A stretch of DNA of 64,000 bases from a bacterium (GTDB lineage Bacteria > Zhuqueibacterota > Zhuqueibacteria > Oceanimicrobiales > Oceanimicrobiaceae): NCBI GenBank assembly GCA_046758365.1, contig JBHIAC010000001.1:32001-96000 (forward strand). Reading direction: 5' to 3'. The notes beneath the pieces are model-generated. The model was not told where the DNA came from. It searched no databases and saw only the letters and a list, made by a program, of their open reading frames with translations. The position numbers and the translations under genes were made by a program. This document shows positions 10,124-20,404 of this stretch, piece by piece. Position 1 is the first letter of the stretch. Every line of letters starts with the position of its first letter.

Positions 10124-10960
10124 ATGAATATCAAAACTTTGATTAAAAAAAGTTTTAGACAGAGCATGAACATTTCGACAGCCTTGTTAATTTATGTCTT
10201 TTTGTGGGGGTGTGGTGCTTCTAGGCAAGATACAAATTTTGAAGGAGATGAAATTGATATCGATCAACTTTTAGGTGAAAAGGAGATGAGTTCAACGGAT
10301 CGGGAATCTGAAGAAGCTGAGGTTCTGAGGCTTTTAGGGATTACACCTGAAGAAAATAAAACTCAGCAATCAGAAGTTACCTCTTTACAACAAGAATCTC
10401 CCCAGAGTTCTTTACAAACGGATATTTCAAAACTCCAACAAGATCTAGATGAAAAGGATAGAGAAATCTCAACTTTGAGGTCACAGATTACTCAGAAGGA
10501 ATCTAAAATTAGTGAACTTGAGTCTCGTTTAAGCTCATCCGAAAAGCGTAGGCGGACTTCTTCACGCTCTAACCGATTCATGCAACCAAGCGAAGATTTT
10601 AAATCAAAATATCAATATGCTTTAAATCAGTTTAACTCCCGGAATTACCAAGAAGCTCTATCCGTGTTTCGGGAGTTACTTACCCTGGATGTAAACAACA
10701 CCCTTTCTGATAATTGCCAGTACTGGATAGGAGAATGTTATTATGCCCTGATAAACTACAATCAAGCCATTGCAGAATTTGAAAAAGTATTTTCATTTCC
10801 TAATTCTAATAAGAGTGATGATGCCCAATTAAAACTCGGAATTTGTTACCTTAAATTGGGAGACAAACAACAAGCACGAGCAGAATTTGAGCGTCTCCTG
10901 TCAAATTATCCCGAAAGCGAATATATTGGATTAACCCAAAGATACCTAAGCAGATTATGA
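10124..10960 (+). CDS. CpoB/YbgF-like coiled-coil plus TPR lipoprotein
   Basis: Lipobox LWG-C, central coiled coil and TPRs (DNCQYWIGECYY, SNKSDDAQLKLG, YPESEY). GGAGG at 10114. Confidence 0.8.
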   Translation: MNIKTLIKKSFRQSMNISTALLIYVFLWGCGASRQDTNFEGDEIDIDQLLGEKEMSSTDRESEEAEVLRLLGITPEENKTQQSEVTSLQQESPQSSLQTDISKLQQDLDEKDREISTLRSQITQKESKISELESRLSSSEKRRRTSSRSNRFMQPSEDFKSKYQYALNQFNSRNYQEALSVFRELLTLDVNNTLSDNCQYWIGECYYALINYNQAIAEFEKVFSFPNSNKSDDAQLKLGICYLKLGDKQQARAEFERLLSNYPESEYIGLTQRYLSRL

Positions 10961-10996
10961 GCGTGATCGTGGCAATAAACTAACCCTATAAACTAT

Positions 10997-11028
10997 GGGT
11001 GGGTTCTTCCCACCCTTTTTATTTTTTT
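10997..11028 (+). terminator. Rho-independent terminator
   Basis: GGGTGGG-TTCTT-CCCACCC followed by TTTTTATTTTTTT. Confidence 0.88.
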
Positions 11029-11051
11029 CCTATATAAGTATTTCCTTTCAC

Positions 11052-11079
11052 TTGACTTTCTGGTAAAAAATTCTATATT
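11052..11079 (+). promoter_or_regulatory. Putative sigma70 promoter for galT-glgA
   Basis: TTGACT-N16-TATATT just after the terminator. Confidence 0.55.
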
Positions 11080-11131
11080 AAATGCTCGTGAAAATAAATC
11101 TTTAATTTTATAGGTAAAGATTAAAATTTAT

Positions 11132-12124
11132 ATGTCACAGCTGAGAAAGGATCCTATTGTTGGTCGATGGGTAATAATTTCTACTGAACGGGGAAAACGG
11201 CCTTCGGATTGGGTTACTGAACCTAAAAGTAAAGGAGGAGGATTCTGTCCATTCTGTCCTGGAAACGAAGATAAAACACCACCAGAGATTATGGCGGTAC
11301 GATCGAATAATGATCAACGGGATGTTCCAGGCTGGGAAATAAGAGTGGTGTCAAACAAATTTCCTGCCCTGCAAATTGAAGGCGAGCTTAATCGAAAAGG
11401 TGAGGGGATTTATGATTTGATGAATGGGGTAGGTGCACATGAAGTTATCATCGAAACACCTAATCATGCTGCCGATTTAACCGATTTCAGTGAAAAACAC
11501 ATTGCCGATATTTTATTCATTTTTCGTGATAGAACTCTTGATCTTAAAAGAGATTTAAGATTTAAGTATATATTAATTTTCAAAAACCACGGGGTCGCTG
11601 CTGGGGCTTCTTTAGAACATACCCATTCTCAACTGATTGTAACACCGATAATTCCTAAAAGAGTTATGGAGGAATTGGAAGGAAGTAAACGTTTTTACAA
11701 TTATAAGGAAAGATGTATTTTCTGTGACATAATTCGTCAAGAAGGCCAATCACAAAGACGCCTGGTCGCCTCTTTTGATTCCTATATTACGATTGAACCC
11801 TTTGCACCGAGATTCCCGTATGAGACCTGGATATTACCAACTCAACACTATTCGCACTATGAGAATATGCCGAATGAAATGTATTACGAATTGGCTTCTG
11901 TTTTGAAAGATGCATTAAGTAGAATAAACAGTGCCTTAGGTTATCCGCCATTCAATTTTATCCTGCATACTTCACCTATTCAAGAATCCATGTATTTAGA
12001 ATATCATTGGCATTTGGAAATCATACCAAAATTAACTAAAGTCGCCGGCTTTGAGTGGGGTTCTGGCTTTTATATTAACTCTACACCCCCAGAGATAGCT
12101 GCAGAGCATCTAAAAAATGTTTAA
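11132..12124 (+). CDS. galT: GalT-family nucleotidyltransferase (galactose-1-P uridylyltransferase or ADP-glucose phosphorylase-like)
   Basis: RGKRP, CPFCPGNE, NKFPAL, GASLEHTHSQ (HxHxQ), HWHLEI and AGFEWGSG. Confidence 0.88.
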   Translation: MSQLRKDPIVGRWVIISTERGKRPSDWVTEPKSKGGGFCPFCPGNEDKTPPEIMAVRSNNDQRDVPGWEIRVVSNKFPALQIEGELNRKGEGIYDLMNGVGAHEVIIETPNHAADLTDFSEKHIADILFIFRDRTLDLKRDLRFKYILIFKNHGVAAGASLEHTHSQLIVTPIIPKRVMEELEGSKRFYNYKERCIFCDIIRQEGQSQRRLVASFDSYITIEPFAPRFPYETWILPTQHYSHYENMPNEMYYELASVLKDALSRINSALGYPPFNFILHTSPIQESMYLEYHWHLEIIPKLTKVAGFEWGSGFYINSTPPEIAAEHLKNV

Positions 12125-12170
12125 AAAACCAATACGATTAATTTAATAAAAACTTTAATCATTAAGAGAA

Positions 12171-13667
12171 ATGAGAGGTAAATTGAAAATTTTTTATGTC
12201 TCATCTGAGGTTGCTCCTTTTGCCAAAACCGGAGGGCTTGGCGATGTCACCGGTGCCCTACCTAAATATTTGAAACAGTTAGGGCATGACATTCGTGTTA
12301 TGATGCCCAATTACAAATTGATTAACGAAAGAAAATATGTCTTGAGGGATGTTATTCGTCTCCAAGGCCTTGAGCTTAAGATAGGAAATGAAATATATCA
12401 AGCAAATGGCAAATCTGCTTTTCTCCCTGATTCCAAGGTACAAGTATATTTCTTAGACAATAAGTTCTTTTTCGACCGAGAAGGATTGTATTGTGATAGT
12501 AAAACAGGATTAGATTATCAAGACAATGCTGAGCGGTTTATATTTTTCTCCAAAGGTTGTTTAGAAACTTTAAAGTTGCTTCATTGGCAACCCGATATTA
12601 TTCATTGTAATGATTGGCAAACAGCTTTAATACCGCTCTTTTTAAAAAGCATTTACAAAGAAGATCCTTTTTTCAAAAATACGAAAACTTTATTGACTAT
12701 ACATAATTTAGCTTATCAAGGAAATTTTGAACCATCTGTTGTCCAAAAAGCAGGTCTTCAAGATCATATTTCTTATTCTGATAGCCCGGTTGATTATTGC
12801 GGCAAATTTAGTTTCCTAAAAGCAGGTTTAGAATATGCTGATTTACTAAGTACGGTCAGCGAAACCTATGTCAATGATATTCAAGAAAGTCCAGATTACG
12901 GTTATGGATTCGAAGGGTTTTTAAAAAAAAGAAAAAATGATCTTTTCGGTATTATCAATGGAATAGATATTCAAGTTTGGAACCCCGAAACAGATAAATT
13001 AATTCCTTTTAATTATAATAAACGCACTCTCTCGGATAAATATAAAAATAAAGAGGAGCTTTTAAAACGATTTAATTTAAAGTTTAATGAAAATATACCG
13101 GTAATTTCAACTATTTCTCGTTTAGTTGATCAGAAAGGATTTGATTTGATAACAGCTATAATAGATCAACTAATGCAATTGGACTTGCAATTAATAATAT
13201 TGGGAATTGGTGAACAGAAATATCACAGTTTTTTTCGAAAAATTCAAAAAAAATATCCTACGAAATTTGGAATTGAATTGAGTTTTAATAACCCAGTAGC
13301 CCATTTGATTGAAGCTGGGAGTGATATATATCTGATGCCCTCGCGATTTGAACCGTGTGGTTTGAATCAATTATATAGCTTAAAATACGGAACAATTCCG
13401 ATTGTAAGAAAAACAGGGGGGCTTGCAGATACCATTGAAAATATTGACATTAATACAATATCTGGCACTGGATTTGTTTTTAAAAAATATGATTCCAATG
13501 AATTACTAAAAATAATAAAAAATGCTTTAAAGTTATTCAATAAAAAAGATATTTGGGTAAAAATTATACAGAACGCTATGAAACAAGATTTCTCTTGGAA
13601 ATCATCAGCTCAAAAATATGTCAAACTATATCAAAAGTTGATGAATACTAAAACTAATAAAAAATAA
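12171..13667 (+). CDS. glgA: Glycogen synthase (GT5)
   Basis: SEVAPFAKTGGLGDV, HCNDWQT, TIHNLAYQG, MPSRFEPCGLNQ and KTGGLADT. Confidence 0.96.
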   Translation: MRGKLKIFYVSSEVAPFAKTGGLGDVTGALPKYLKQLGHDIRVMMPNYKLINERKYVLRDVIRLQGLELKIGNEIYQANGKSAFLPDSKVQVYFLDNKFFFDREGLYCDSKTGLDYQDNAERFIFFSKGCLETLKLLHWQPDIIHCNDWQTALIPLFLKSIYKEDPFFKNTKTLLTIHNLAYQGNFEPSVVQKAGLQDHISYSDSPVDYCGKFSFLKAGLEYADLLSTVSETYVNDIQESPDYGYGFEGFLKKRKNDLFGIINGIDIQVWNPETDKLIPFNYNKRTLSDKYKNKEELLKRFNLKFNENIPVISTISRLVDQKGFDLITAIIDQLMQLDLQLIILGIGEQKYHSFFRKIQKKYPTKFGIELSFNNPVAHLIEAGSDIYLMPSRFEPCGLNQLYSLKYGTIPIVRKTGGLADTIENIDINTISGTGFVFKKYDSNELLKIIKNALKLFNKKDIWVKIIQNAMKQDFSWKSSAQKYVKLYQKLMNTKTNKK

Positions 13668-13811
13668 ATGAAGTAAGTACAAAGCACCAATTTTATAAAT
13701 TCTAAATTATTAAATTTTCAAAATATTCTATTTAAAAACGCGTGGAAATACCTTTTTAATTTAGGAATGCCAGGCGTTTCTTTTTTTAGAAATGAGTTTC
13801 ATTTAAGGCCC

Positions 13812-13846
13812 TGTTTCATTGCGGAACAATGTTTCGGACTAACACA
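13812..13846. promoter_or_regulatory. Tandem TGT-N11-ACA boxes, putative bEBP upstream activator sequence (operon 1)
   Basis: TGTTTCATTGCGGAACA-A-TGTTTCGGACTAACACA. The same arrangement recurs at 21914-21948. Confidence 0.65.
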
Positions 13847-13941
13847 TACTTAACGACGATTAAATTTCAAATATGAGTATAAATTTAAAACAACGTATGG
13901 TAAATATTTAACATAGGCGAAAAGGGGTTTAATTTAATACC

Positions 13942-13957
13942 TGGCATAAATTTTGTT
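13942..13957 (+). promoter_or_regulatory. Putative sigma54 -24/-12 promoter (operon 1)
   Basis: TGGCAT-AAATT-TTGTT: correct spacing, but GT replaces GC at -12. Lies 95 nt after the tandem boxes. Confidence 0.55.
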
Positions 13958-14011
13958 AATTTTTAATTTTTAAGTATCACAAAATCATCAAATTAATATT
14001 CAACATTTTAT

Positions 14012-14722
14012 ATGGAAGGTATCGAAATTTCAGAAGGAAGAGTGGGGGCCAGAAGAGATATTAAATTGTTGACCATAAAAGGTTATGTTGATACCATGAC
14101 CTGTTCTATTTTACTCAACAAAATTACTGAAATTCTAAATAGTAGTTTCTTCCATGTAATCATTGACATGGCGCAGGTTAATTATGTAAGCAGTGCCGGA
14201 TGGGGCATTTTTGTTGGTGAATTAAAAGGTGTCCGGGAAAAGGGCGGTGATTTAAAAATTGTTCAGATGACCCCAGAAGTTTATGACGTATTTGAGATGC
14301 TTGAATTCCATCGTATTCTTTCTTACTACGAATCCATAGAAGAAGCGATTAACGATTTTGATCTATCGATTGGTTTGGATATCACCAAGAGTGTTAAAAA
14401 GAGTTATAGTCCCGGGAACGGACAAACAGTCGGAACCGTACCAAGTATGGTGCAGCGGTCGGTGAAAAGTTCCCCAGGTAAGCTCCATTCTCGATATGTA
14501 TTTACAAACACTAAAGTTGATGAAAGGAATTTGCCTTTAACTGAAAAGGTTAAATTAATTATCATAGATGACCCGAATCAGGGGGGATTAAAAATTAAAA
14601 GGGTACTAAACACTAAGCGTTTTGGCTTCACGAAAATTAGCTTTTTTCAAATTTACAGATTACTAAGAAAATTAAATCTTGAAAATAAGGCTAAACGTTA
14701 TCGTTTTTTTAGATCTAGATAA
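14012..14722 (+). CDS. STAS (anti-sigma-factor antagonist) domain fused to a basic HTH-like C-terminal domain
   Basis: IKGYVDT, IIDMAQVNYVSSAGWG and GGDLKIV..PEVYDVFEML in the STAS part; a linker; then ISFFQIYRLLRKLNL. Confidence 0.8.
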   Translation: MEGIEISEGRVGARRDIKLLTIKGYVDTMTCSILLNKITEILNSSFFHVIIDMAQVNYVSSAGWGIFVGELKGVREKGGDLKIVQMTPEVYDVFEMLEFHRILSYYESIEEAINDFDLSIGLDITKSVKKSYSPGNGQTVGTVPSMVQRSVKSSPGKLHSRYVFTNTKVDERNLPLTEKVKLIIIDDPNQGGLKIKRVLNTKRFGFTKISFFQIYRLLRKLNLENKAKRYRFFRSR

Positions 14723-14780
14723 AAAGTTCACCTAATACTTTAATAAACAAAGTTACTAATAATAAAAGAGAGACAAGGAT

Positions 14781-15470
14781 ATGAGCGCTAAAAACAAACA
14801 AGGAAGGGTAAAAATTGAAGTAATTTTTGTTTTTATATTACAATTTTTAATTCTATTCCCGAATGAAAGTCTTAAGGCTGAATTACAAAGAAGTAGTCTC
14901 ACTTTTAGAAAAGGCGATGCCATTCGATTAACGATTTGGCTATCATGGGGGATTGGAAATGAGAGAAATCAAAATATAAACTTGAATGGCGATTATCTTA
15001 TCGATAGTCGAGGCTATGTTTTTCTACCGCTTCTTGGAGATATTAAAGTGATTGGTCATACTACTAGGACTTTATCTGAGACACTCAGAAAAAAATTCAG
15101 CCAATACATCCAAGAACCAATTGTGATTGTTGAGCCACTGATTCGAGTAACTATGATGGGTGAATTCCGACGGCCTGGTACCTATTTAATACCTCCTGAT
15201 GCTTCACTCTGGGAACTAGTAGATTTAGCTGGTGGGCCAAACGATGACAGCAACCTAAAGAAGATGTGGGTTGAAAGGGGTGGACGAAAAGTTAAAAGGA
15301 ATCTTTTAAGTAGCTTCGAGAGGGCCTATTCCATAGAAGAAATTGGAATTAAATCGGGCGATCAAGTCTATGTACCTATTCGACGTCGTTTTCAACTCAG
15401 AGTTGCTTTTGATATTCTGAGGTTTACAGTATCTCTCATTAACCTTTATTTCTTAATTAGCAGATTATAA
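14781..15470 (+). CDS. wza: Polysaccharide export protein (OPX/Wza-like, Poly_export plus SLBB)
   Basis: GDAIRLTIW, IDSRGYVFLPLLG, VTMMGEFRRPGTY, AGGP, GDQVYVP and a C-terminal amphipathic helix; precedes wzc. Confidence 0.85.
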   Translation: MSAKNKQGRVKIEVIFVFILQFLILFPNESLKAELQRSSLTFRKGDAIRLTIWLSWGIGNERNQNINLNGDYLIDSRGYVFLPLLGDIKVIGHTTRTLSETLRKKFSQYIQEPIVIVEPLIRVTMMGEFRRPGTYLIPPDASLWELVDLAGGPNDDSNLKKMWVERGGRKVKRNLLSSFERAYSIEEIGIKSGDQVYVPIRRRFQLRVAFDILRFTVSLINLYFLISRL

Positions 15471-15506
15471 ATTTAAATTTTATAAATATTAGGAGATGAA
15501 GTAAAT

Positions 15507-17849
15507 ATGGAGCCGTTTTTTATTAACGAAGATGAACAATTCGATGATGAGAAATTAGATTTACAAAAGTACTTCCGGGTGCTCATTAAGCGTTGGTGGT
15601 TGATATCGATAATTACATTGGTTGTATTGGTACCTTGGGTTTTACATTTAAAAAGCCAGCCACCTGTTTATGAAGCCGAGGCCCTAATTCGATTTAAAAG
15701 CTTTGCGGGTAGTGATCCAAGTAGTTTAATGAAGAGTCGAATTACAGAACTTACCAGTAGATCTTTTGCTGAAAAAGTCGTGGCGCAGTTAGGCCTATCA
15801 ATGCACCTTAACTCTCAAAATAAACGATTAACAAAAAGGAATGAATTCTTTGATGTATTTTCGACATCAAAAAAACCTGTATCAGGGGACTATATTCTTC
15901 GTTTATCAAGTGATCAAACTTATACATTAACTTTTAAGTTGTCTGATAAAGAAATAGGCCGGATTATACAAAAGGGTTCTATTTCCGAAATTACAAAGAA
16001 CGTGTGTACAGTAAATGGATTCTCTTTTAAATTGGTTCCAAATGGATTAGAATTGCCGCTTGAAATTCCTTTCAAAATTGGAAATTTTCGCAAAACCGTG
16101 GAAGCCTTTATATCACGAACGAAAGTGAAGCCATCTCGTTCAGGTACTCTAATGAAAGTGACATTAACTGATACCGATCCTTACCTCGTAACAGAAATGA
16201 CCAATCGATTAGCTGAAATATTTATTGAAGAAAGTGCTTCTCTTAAGAAGAAGTCGATTCAAAGCAAACGCCAAATCTTGGAAGAGCAACTTCATTTAGT
16301 TGAACAAAAGTTAGATGAATCAGATAAAGCGTTAAAAAATTTTAAGGAGCAGTACTCTACTAACCTCGATGCTGATCAGAAAAACCAACTTAATGATTTA
16401 CTAGGTACAGAAAAACGAAAGAAATATATTGAAACGGTTATAAGCACCCTTAATGCTCTTCTGGCCAAACTGAAAGAAAAGAATGAGACCATAATTGGTG
16501 ATGGTGTAGATCAAAGCGAAATAAATCGTAGATATGTTATGCGAGAGATTGCCAGTCATTCAGTTTTCGATGATAATGCTACTATGTTGATATCCCGCCA
16601 GAGGTTGAGAGATTTGGAAGCTTCTTGGAAAGAACAAGTCGCCAGAACTTCAGAAGAAAATTTTAGGGCTAAAGAGATTTTGCATGAAATAAAACAGCTT
16701 CATTATCAAATTGAAAATATTGCAATCCAAGAGATTCAAAAACTTGAGAAGGATTTAGTGGTTACTAATCAAGAAATTGCCAAACTAGAATATCGATTGA
16801 AACAGTTACCAACCTATCAGTATCAATTAAGCGAATTAACCCGGAAACATCAGGTACTTGAGAATCAATACATGGATCTCCTTGCTAAAACTCGAGAAGC
16901 TGTGATTTCAGAAGCAGTAGAAACTGAAAATATTGAAATATTGGATCCGGCTATTATTCCAGAACTTCCAACAAATAGAGATAAAAAAAAGAAAGCCGCC
17001 TATGGCGGTATATTTGGTTTAATGCTTGGCGTGACCGTTGCATTAGTTCTCGAATTTTTAGACAAAAGTATAAAGACGGCTGATGATGTAAAAAAATATT
17101 TGAAATTGAAAATACTGGGTAGCATTCCTCAAATAGATTTTAATGATGTTTATGATTTTCAAGATTCGGAAAAGATAAAACAAATTGATCAGCAGTTGGT
17201 CACTCACGACTACTCTCCATCGCCCGTGGGAGAGGCTTATCGTTCTCTCCGAACTAATTTAATGTTTTCAAAGGAAACAGGTAGAATTCAATCCTTAGTT
17301 ATAACTAGTAATGAACCTGGAGATGGTAAATCTTTTACCGCAGCGAATCTCTCTATTACTTTCGCACAGCTAAAGAGTAATACATTGCTCATAGATAGTG
17401 ATTTAAGGCGTGGCGTACTTCACAATACATTTGGAGTTTCCAAGGAGCCAGGATTAAGTAATTATCTGACCAATATGGTACCGCTGCAAAGCATTCTAAA
17501 TGAGACCCATATTCCTAATTTAACGCTAATTAGTTGTGGTTCTTTAATCCCGAATCCATCAGAATTACTTGGTTCCCACCAAATGCAGCGATTCTTGGAT
17601 GAAGTAAGAAGGAAATTCGAATTGATTATTTTCGACAGCCCGCCATTAAATGCAGCTACCGATGCTGTTGTTATCGGTACACAAGTTGATTCCACGGTTA
17701 TAGTTATTCGAGCAGGGAAAACTGATCGAGAGGTAGCCCAGCAAAAACTTGAATTGTTTTCCAATATGCCATCGACCGTTATAGGAGTTATTCTCAATGG
17801 AACGACTGCTGATATGGCGCATCCAGGATACAGTTACTATCATTACTAA
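15507..17849 (+). CDS. wzc: Polysaccharide co-polymerase/BY-kinase
   Basis: Two TMs around a coiled-coil periplasmic region. EAYRSLRTN, Walker A (EPGDGKS), IDSDLRR, Walker B (IIFDSPP) and Tyr tail GYSYYHY. Confidence 0.95.
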   Translation: MEPFFINEDEQFDDEKLDLQKYFRVLIKRWWLISIITLVVLVPWVLHLKSQPPVYEAEALIRFKSFAGSDPSSLMKSRITELTSRSFAEKVVAQLGLSMHLNSQNKRLTKRNEFFDVFSTSKKPVSGDYILRLSSDQTYTLTFKLSDKEIGRIIQKGSISEITKNVCTVNGFSFKLVPNGLELPLEIPFKIGNFRKTVEAFISRTKVKPSRSGTLMKVTLTDTDPYLVTEMTNRLAEIFIEESASLKKKSIQSKRQILEEQLHLVEQKLDESDKALKNFKEQYSTNLDADQKNQLNDLLGTEKRKKYIETVISTLNALLAKLKEKNETIIGDGVDQSEINRRYVMREIASHSVFDDNATMLISRQRLRDLEASWKEQVARTSEENFRAKEILHEIKQLHYQIENIAIQEIQKLEKDLVVTNQEIAKLEYRLKQLPTYQYQLSELTRKHQVLENQYMDLLAKTREAVISEAVETENIEILDPAIIPELPTNRDKKKKAAYGGIFGLMLGVTVALVLEFLDKSIKTADDVKKYLKLKILGSIPQIDFNDVYDFQDSEKIKQIDQQLVTHDYSPSPVGEAYRSLRTNLMFSKETGRIQSLVITSNEPGDGKSFTAANLSITFAQLKSNTLLIDSDLRRGVLHNTFGVSKEPGLSNYLTNMVPLQSILNETHIPNLTLISCGSLIPNPSELLGSHQMQRFLDEVRRKFELIIFDSPPLNAATDAVVIGTQVDSTVIVIRAGKTDREVAQQKLELFSNMPSTVIGVILNGTTADMAHPGYSYYHY

Positions 17850-17888
17850 ATCAATCTTGAATCTCAAATTTAAAGCCTATTTTTAAAT

Positions 17889-18860
17889 ATGAAAAGAATC
17901 TTGGTAACAGGAGGAGCAGGATTTATCGGGTCGCATCTCTGTGATACTCTATTGAATCAAGGACATGCAGTAATTTGCCTTGACAATTTCAATACTTATT
18001 ATAATCCACAAATCAAACGACAGAATATAGTATCTATTATATCCAACAAAAATATTAAACTTTTCGAAGGTGATATTCTTGATTTACAATTTTTACGCCA
18101 GATATTTCAAACCTCGGCCATTGAAATTATCGTGCATCTGGCTGCTCGTGCTGGGGTACGACCATCCATTTATAAACCATTGTTATATCAAAAAGTGAAT
18201 ATCCAAGGCACAAACAATCTTCTGGAAATGGCTAAAGAATTTCAAATTGAGAAATTCATTTTTGGGTCTTCGTCTTCTGTTTATGGGCAAAATACAAAAG
18301 TCCCCTTTCGCGAAGATGATTCTGTGGATCACCCTATTTCACCCTATGCTGCAACAAAGAGAGCTTGTGAACTTATTTGTTATACCTATCACCATTTATA
18401 TAAACTGCCAGTCACGTGTTTAAGATTTTTCACAGTCTATGGACCCCGTCAGAGACCAGATATGGCTATACATATTTTTACGAAAAGAATTTTTCATGAT
18501 GAAAAAATTTCAATGTTTGGTGAGGGAAACTCTCAACGAGATTATACTTATATTTCTGATATTATTGACGGTATTTGTAAATCTATCGAACACTGCAAGG
18601 AATTCCACATTTACAATTTAGGAGATTCAAGAACCATCGAGCTGCGAAAATTGATAGATTTGATCGCAAATTGTATAGGCAAAGAGCCCCTTATTCAGAT
18701 TTTACCTGTACAACCCGGGGATGTTCATATAACTTTTGCAGATATATCAAAAGCTAAAAGAGAGATAGGATATCATCCAAAGTTTGAAATTGAAGAAGGA
18801 ATAGAAAAATTTGTGGATTGGTACAAAACTATGAATTCTTTATCCAAGTTCAGATTTTAA
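17889..18860 (+). CDS. NDP-sugar epimerase, UDP-glucuronate 4-epimerase-like
   Basis: TGGAGFIG, HLAARAGVRPS, SPYAATK, RFFTVYGPRQRPDMA and QPGDV. Confidence 0.85.
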   Translation: MKRILVTGGAGFIGSHLCDTLLNQGHAVICLDNFNTYYNPQIKRQNIVSIISNKNIKLFEGDILDLQFLRQIFQTSAIEIIVHLAARAGVRPSIYKPLLYQKVNIQGTNNLLEMAKEFQIEKFIFGSSSSVYGQNTKVPFREDDSVDHPISPYAATKRACELICYTYHHLYKLPVTCLRFFTVYGPRQRPDMAIHIFTKRIFHDEKISMFGEGNSQRDYTYISDIIDGICKSIEHCKEFHIYNLGDSRTIELRKLIDLIANCIGKEPLIQILPVQPGDVHITFADISKAKREIGYHPKFEIEEGIEKFVDWYKTMNSLSKFRF

Positions 18861-18903
18861 AGCTTTATTCATTATAAAATAAATTACCTTCAGAAGGTTT
18901 TGC

Positions 18904-20364
18904 ATGGTACAAGAAAAAGAAGCGTTTCTAAATAATATTACAAAAATTATCGACGCTTTAAGCATTTTGATTGCTTTTATTTTGTCCTATTTTATTGCCT
19001 TTTATATACGACGGGATTTTATGGGTCTCAGTGGTATGGCTTACGCAATTACTCCAAATTTGCAGGGCCTTTTATTTTTTACCAAAAAAAATGCTATTAT
19101 CATCATTTCATCCATACCCATTTGGTTATTATTACTTTCATTACAAGGCGCTTATAAGATTATACGAACTAGGACTTTTGTAAAAGAATTTAAGATTATT
19201 TTTAAGTCCGGTATCTTGGCTACTATAACCCTTGGTAGCTTTATTTTTATCCTCAAGATGACATTGACGAGCCGTCTTTTCATCGGCGTATATTCAATTC
19301 TAACCGTCTGTTCAATCACAATTGCCAAAGTACTTCTAAATAAGTTTTTTGATTACATCCAAAAAAAAGGATATAATCAAATTAACTTATTGATTGTTGG
19401 TACGGGTAAACGCGCTCGTGAGTTTATCAAGGTAGTTAAGAGCCATTCCAATTGGGGTTTAAATATTGTTGGATTGATTGATGATGAGCATGGCATGTTT
19501 GGTAAAGAAATAGATGGATTTCGGGTATTAGGGCGTATTCAGGACATCCCTTTTATATTGCATAGAAAAGTAATAGATCGCGTGATTTTTGTCGTTCCAA
19601 GATTGTGGCTTAACCGAATTGATGAAGCTATCTTAGCATGTGAAAGGGAAGGTATCAGCACATCTATTTCAATGGACCTCTATAATCTAAGAATTGCAAA
19701 AGTCCGACAAACGGATTTTAGCGGCTTTCCTCTTTTGGACTTTGAAACTTTTTCTGCCGGCCAGTGGCAGCTCTTTTTTAAACGATCTATGGATATAATT
19801 TTATCACTTTTATTACTCATCTTATTTTCTCCAATTATTCTGATTACGGCTCTTGCAATTAAAATTACATCCAAAGGGCCTATACTATTTACCCAAGTTA
19901 GGTCTGGTCTGAACGGTAGAAAGTTCAAGCTATACAAATTTCGGACGATGTTTGTTGGGGCTGAAATGAAAAAGCGAGAGTTGGAAAAAATGAATGAGAT
20001 GGATGGCCCGGTATTTAAAATAAAAAAAGATCCTAGAATCACGAAGGCAGGTAGAATTCTGAGAAAGTTAAGTATCGATGAAATACCCCAATTAATTAAT
20101 GTTCTGAAGGGCGACATGAGTATCGTCGGACCCCGGCCCCCTATACCAGTGGAAGTGGAATTATATAAAATGTGGCAGAGAAGGAGGTTAAGCCTAAAAC
20201 CAGGAATTACTTGTATCTGGCAAGTGAGTGGTAGAAATAAAATTCAATTTGAAAAATGGATGGAAATGGATCTGGAATATATTGACCGATGGTCACTCTG
20301 GTTGGATTTAAAGATTTTATTTAAAACGGCTTTTGTCGTTTTATTTGGCTACGGTGCAAGTTAA
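18904..20364 (+). CDS. Priming polyprenyl-phosphate phosphoglycosyltransferase (WcaJ/WbaP-like)
   Basis: N-terminal TMs and Rossmann-like domain, then KRSMDI, YKFRTM, DPRIT, SIDEIPQL.NVLKGDMSIVGPRP and KPGIT. Confidence 0.93.
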   Translation: MVQEKEAFLNNITKIIDALSILIAFILSYFIAFYIRRDFMGLSGMAYAITPNLQGLLFFTKKNAIIIISSIPIWLLLLSLQGAYKIIRTRTFVKEFKIIFKSGILATITLGSFIFILKMTLTSRLFIGVYSILTVCSITIAKVLLNKFFDYIQKKGYNQINLLIVGTGKRAREFIKVVKSHSNWGLNIVGLIDDEHGMFGKEIDGFRVLGRIQDIPFILHRKVIDRVIFVVPRLWLNRIDEAILACEREGISTSISMDLYNLRIAKVRQTDFSGFPLLDFETFSAGQWQLFFKRSMDIILSLLLLILFSPIILITALAIKITSKGPILFTQVRSGLNGRKFKLYKFRTMFVGAEMKKRELEKMNEMDGPVFKIKKDPRITKAGRILRKLSIDEIPQLINVLKGDMSIVGPRPPIPVEVELYKMWQRRRLSLKPGITCIWQVSGRNKIQFEKWMEMDLEYIDRWSLWLDLKILFKTAFVVLFGYGAS

Positions 20365-20404
20365 AATAATTCATCAAGTTTTATAAAATTCATGGAGGAC
20401 AACT

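Noticed and set aside
13668..13740. Short AAATT-type periodicity after glgA, and a T-rich tract at 7342-7390
   Set aside because: Too degenerate to separate from AT-rich background.
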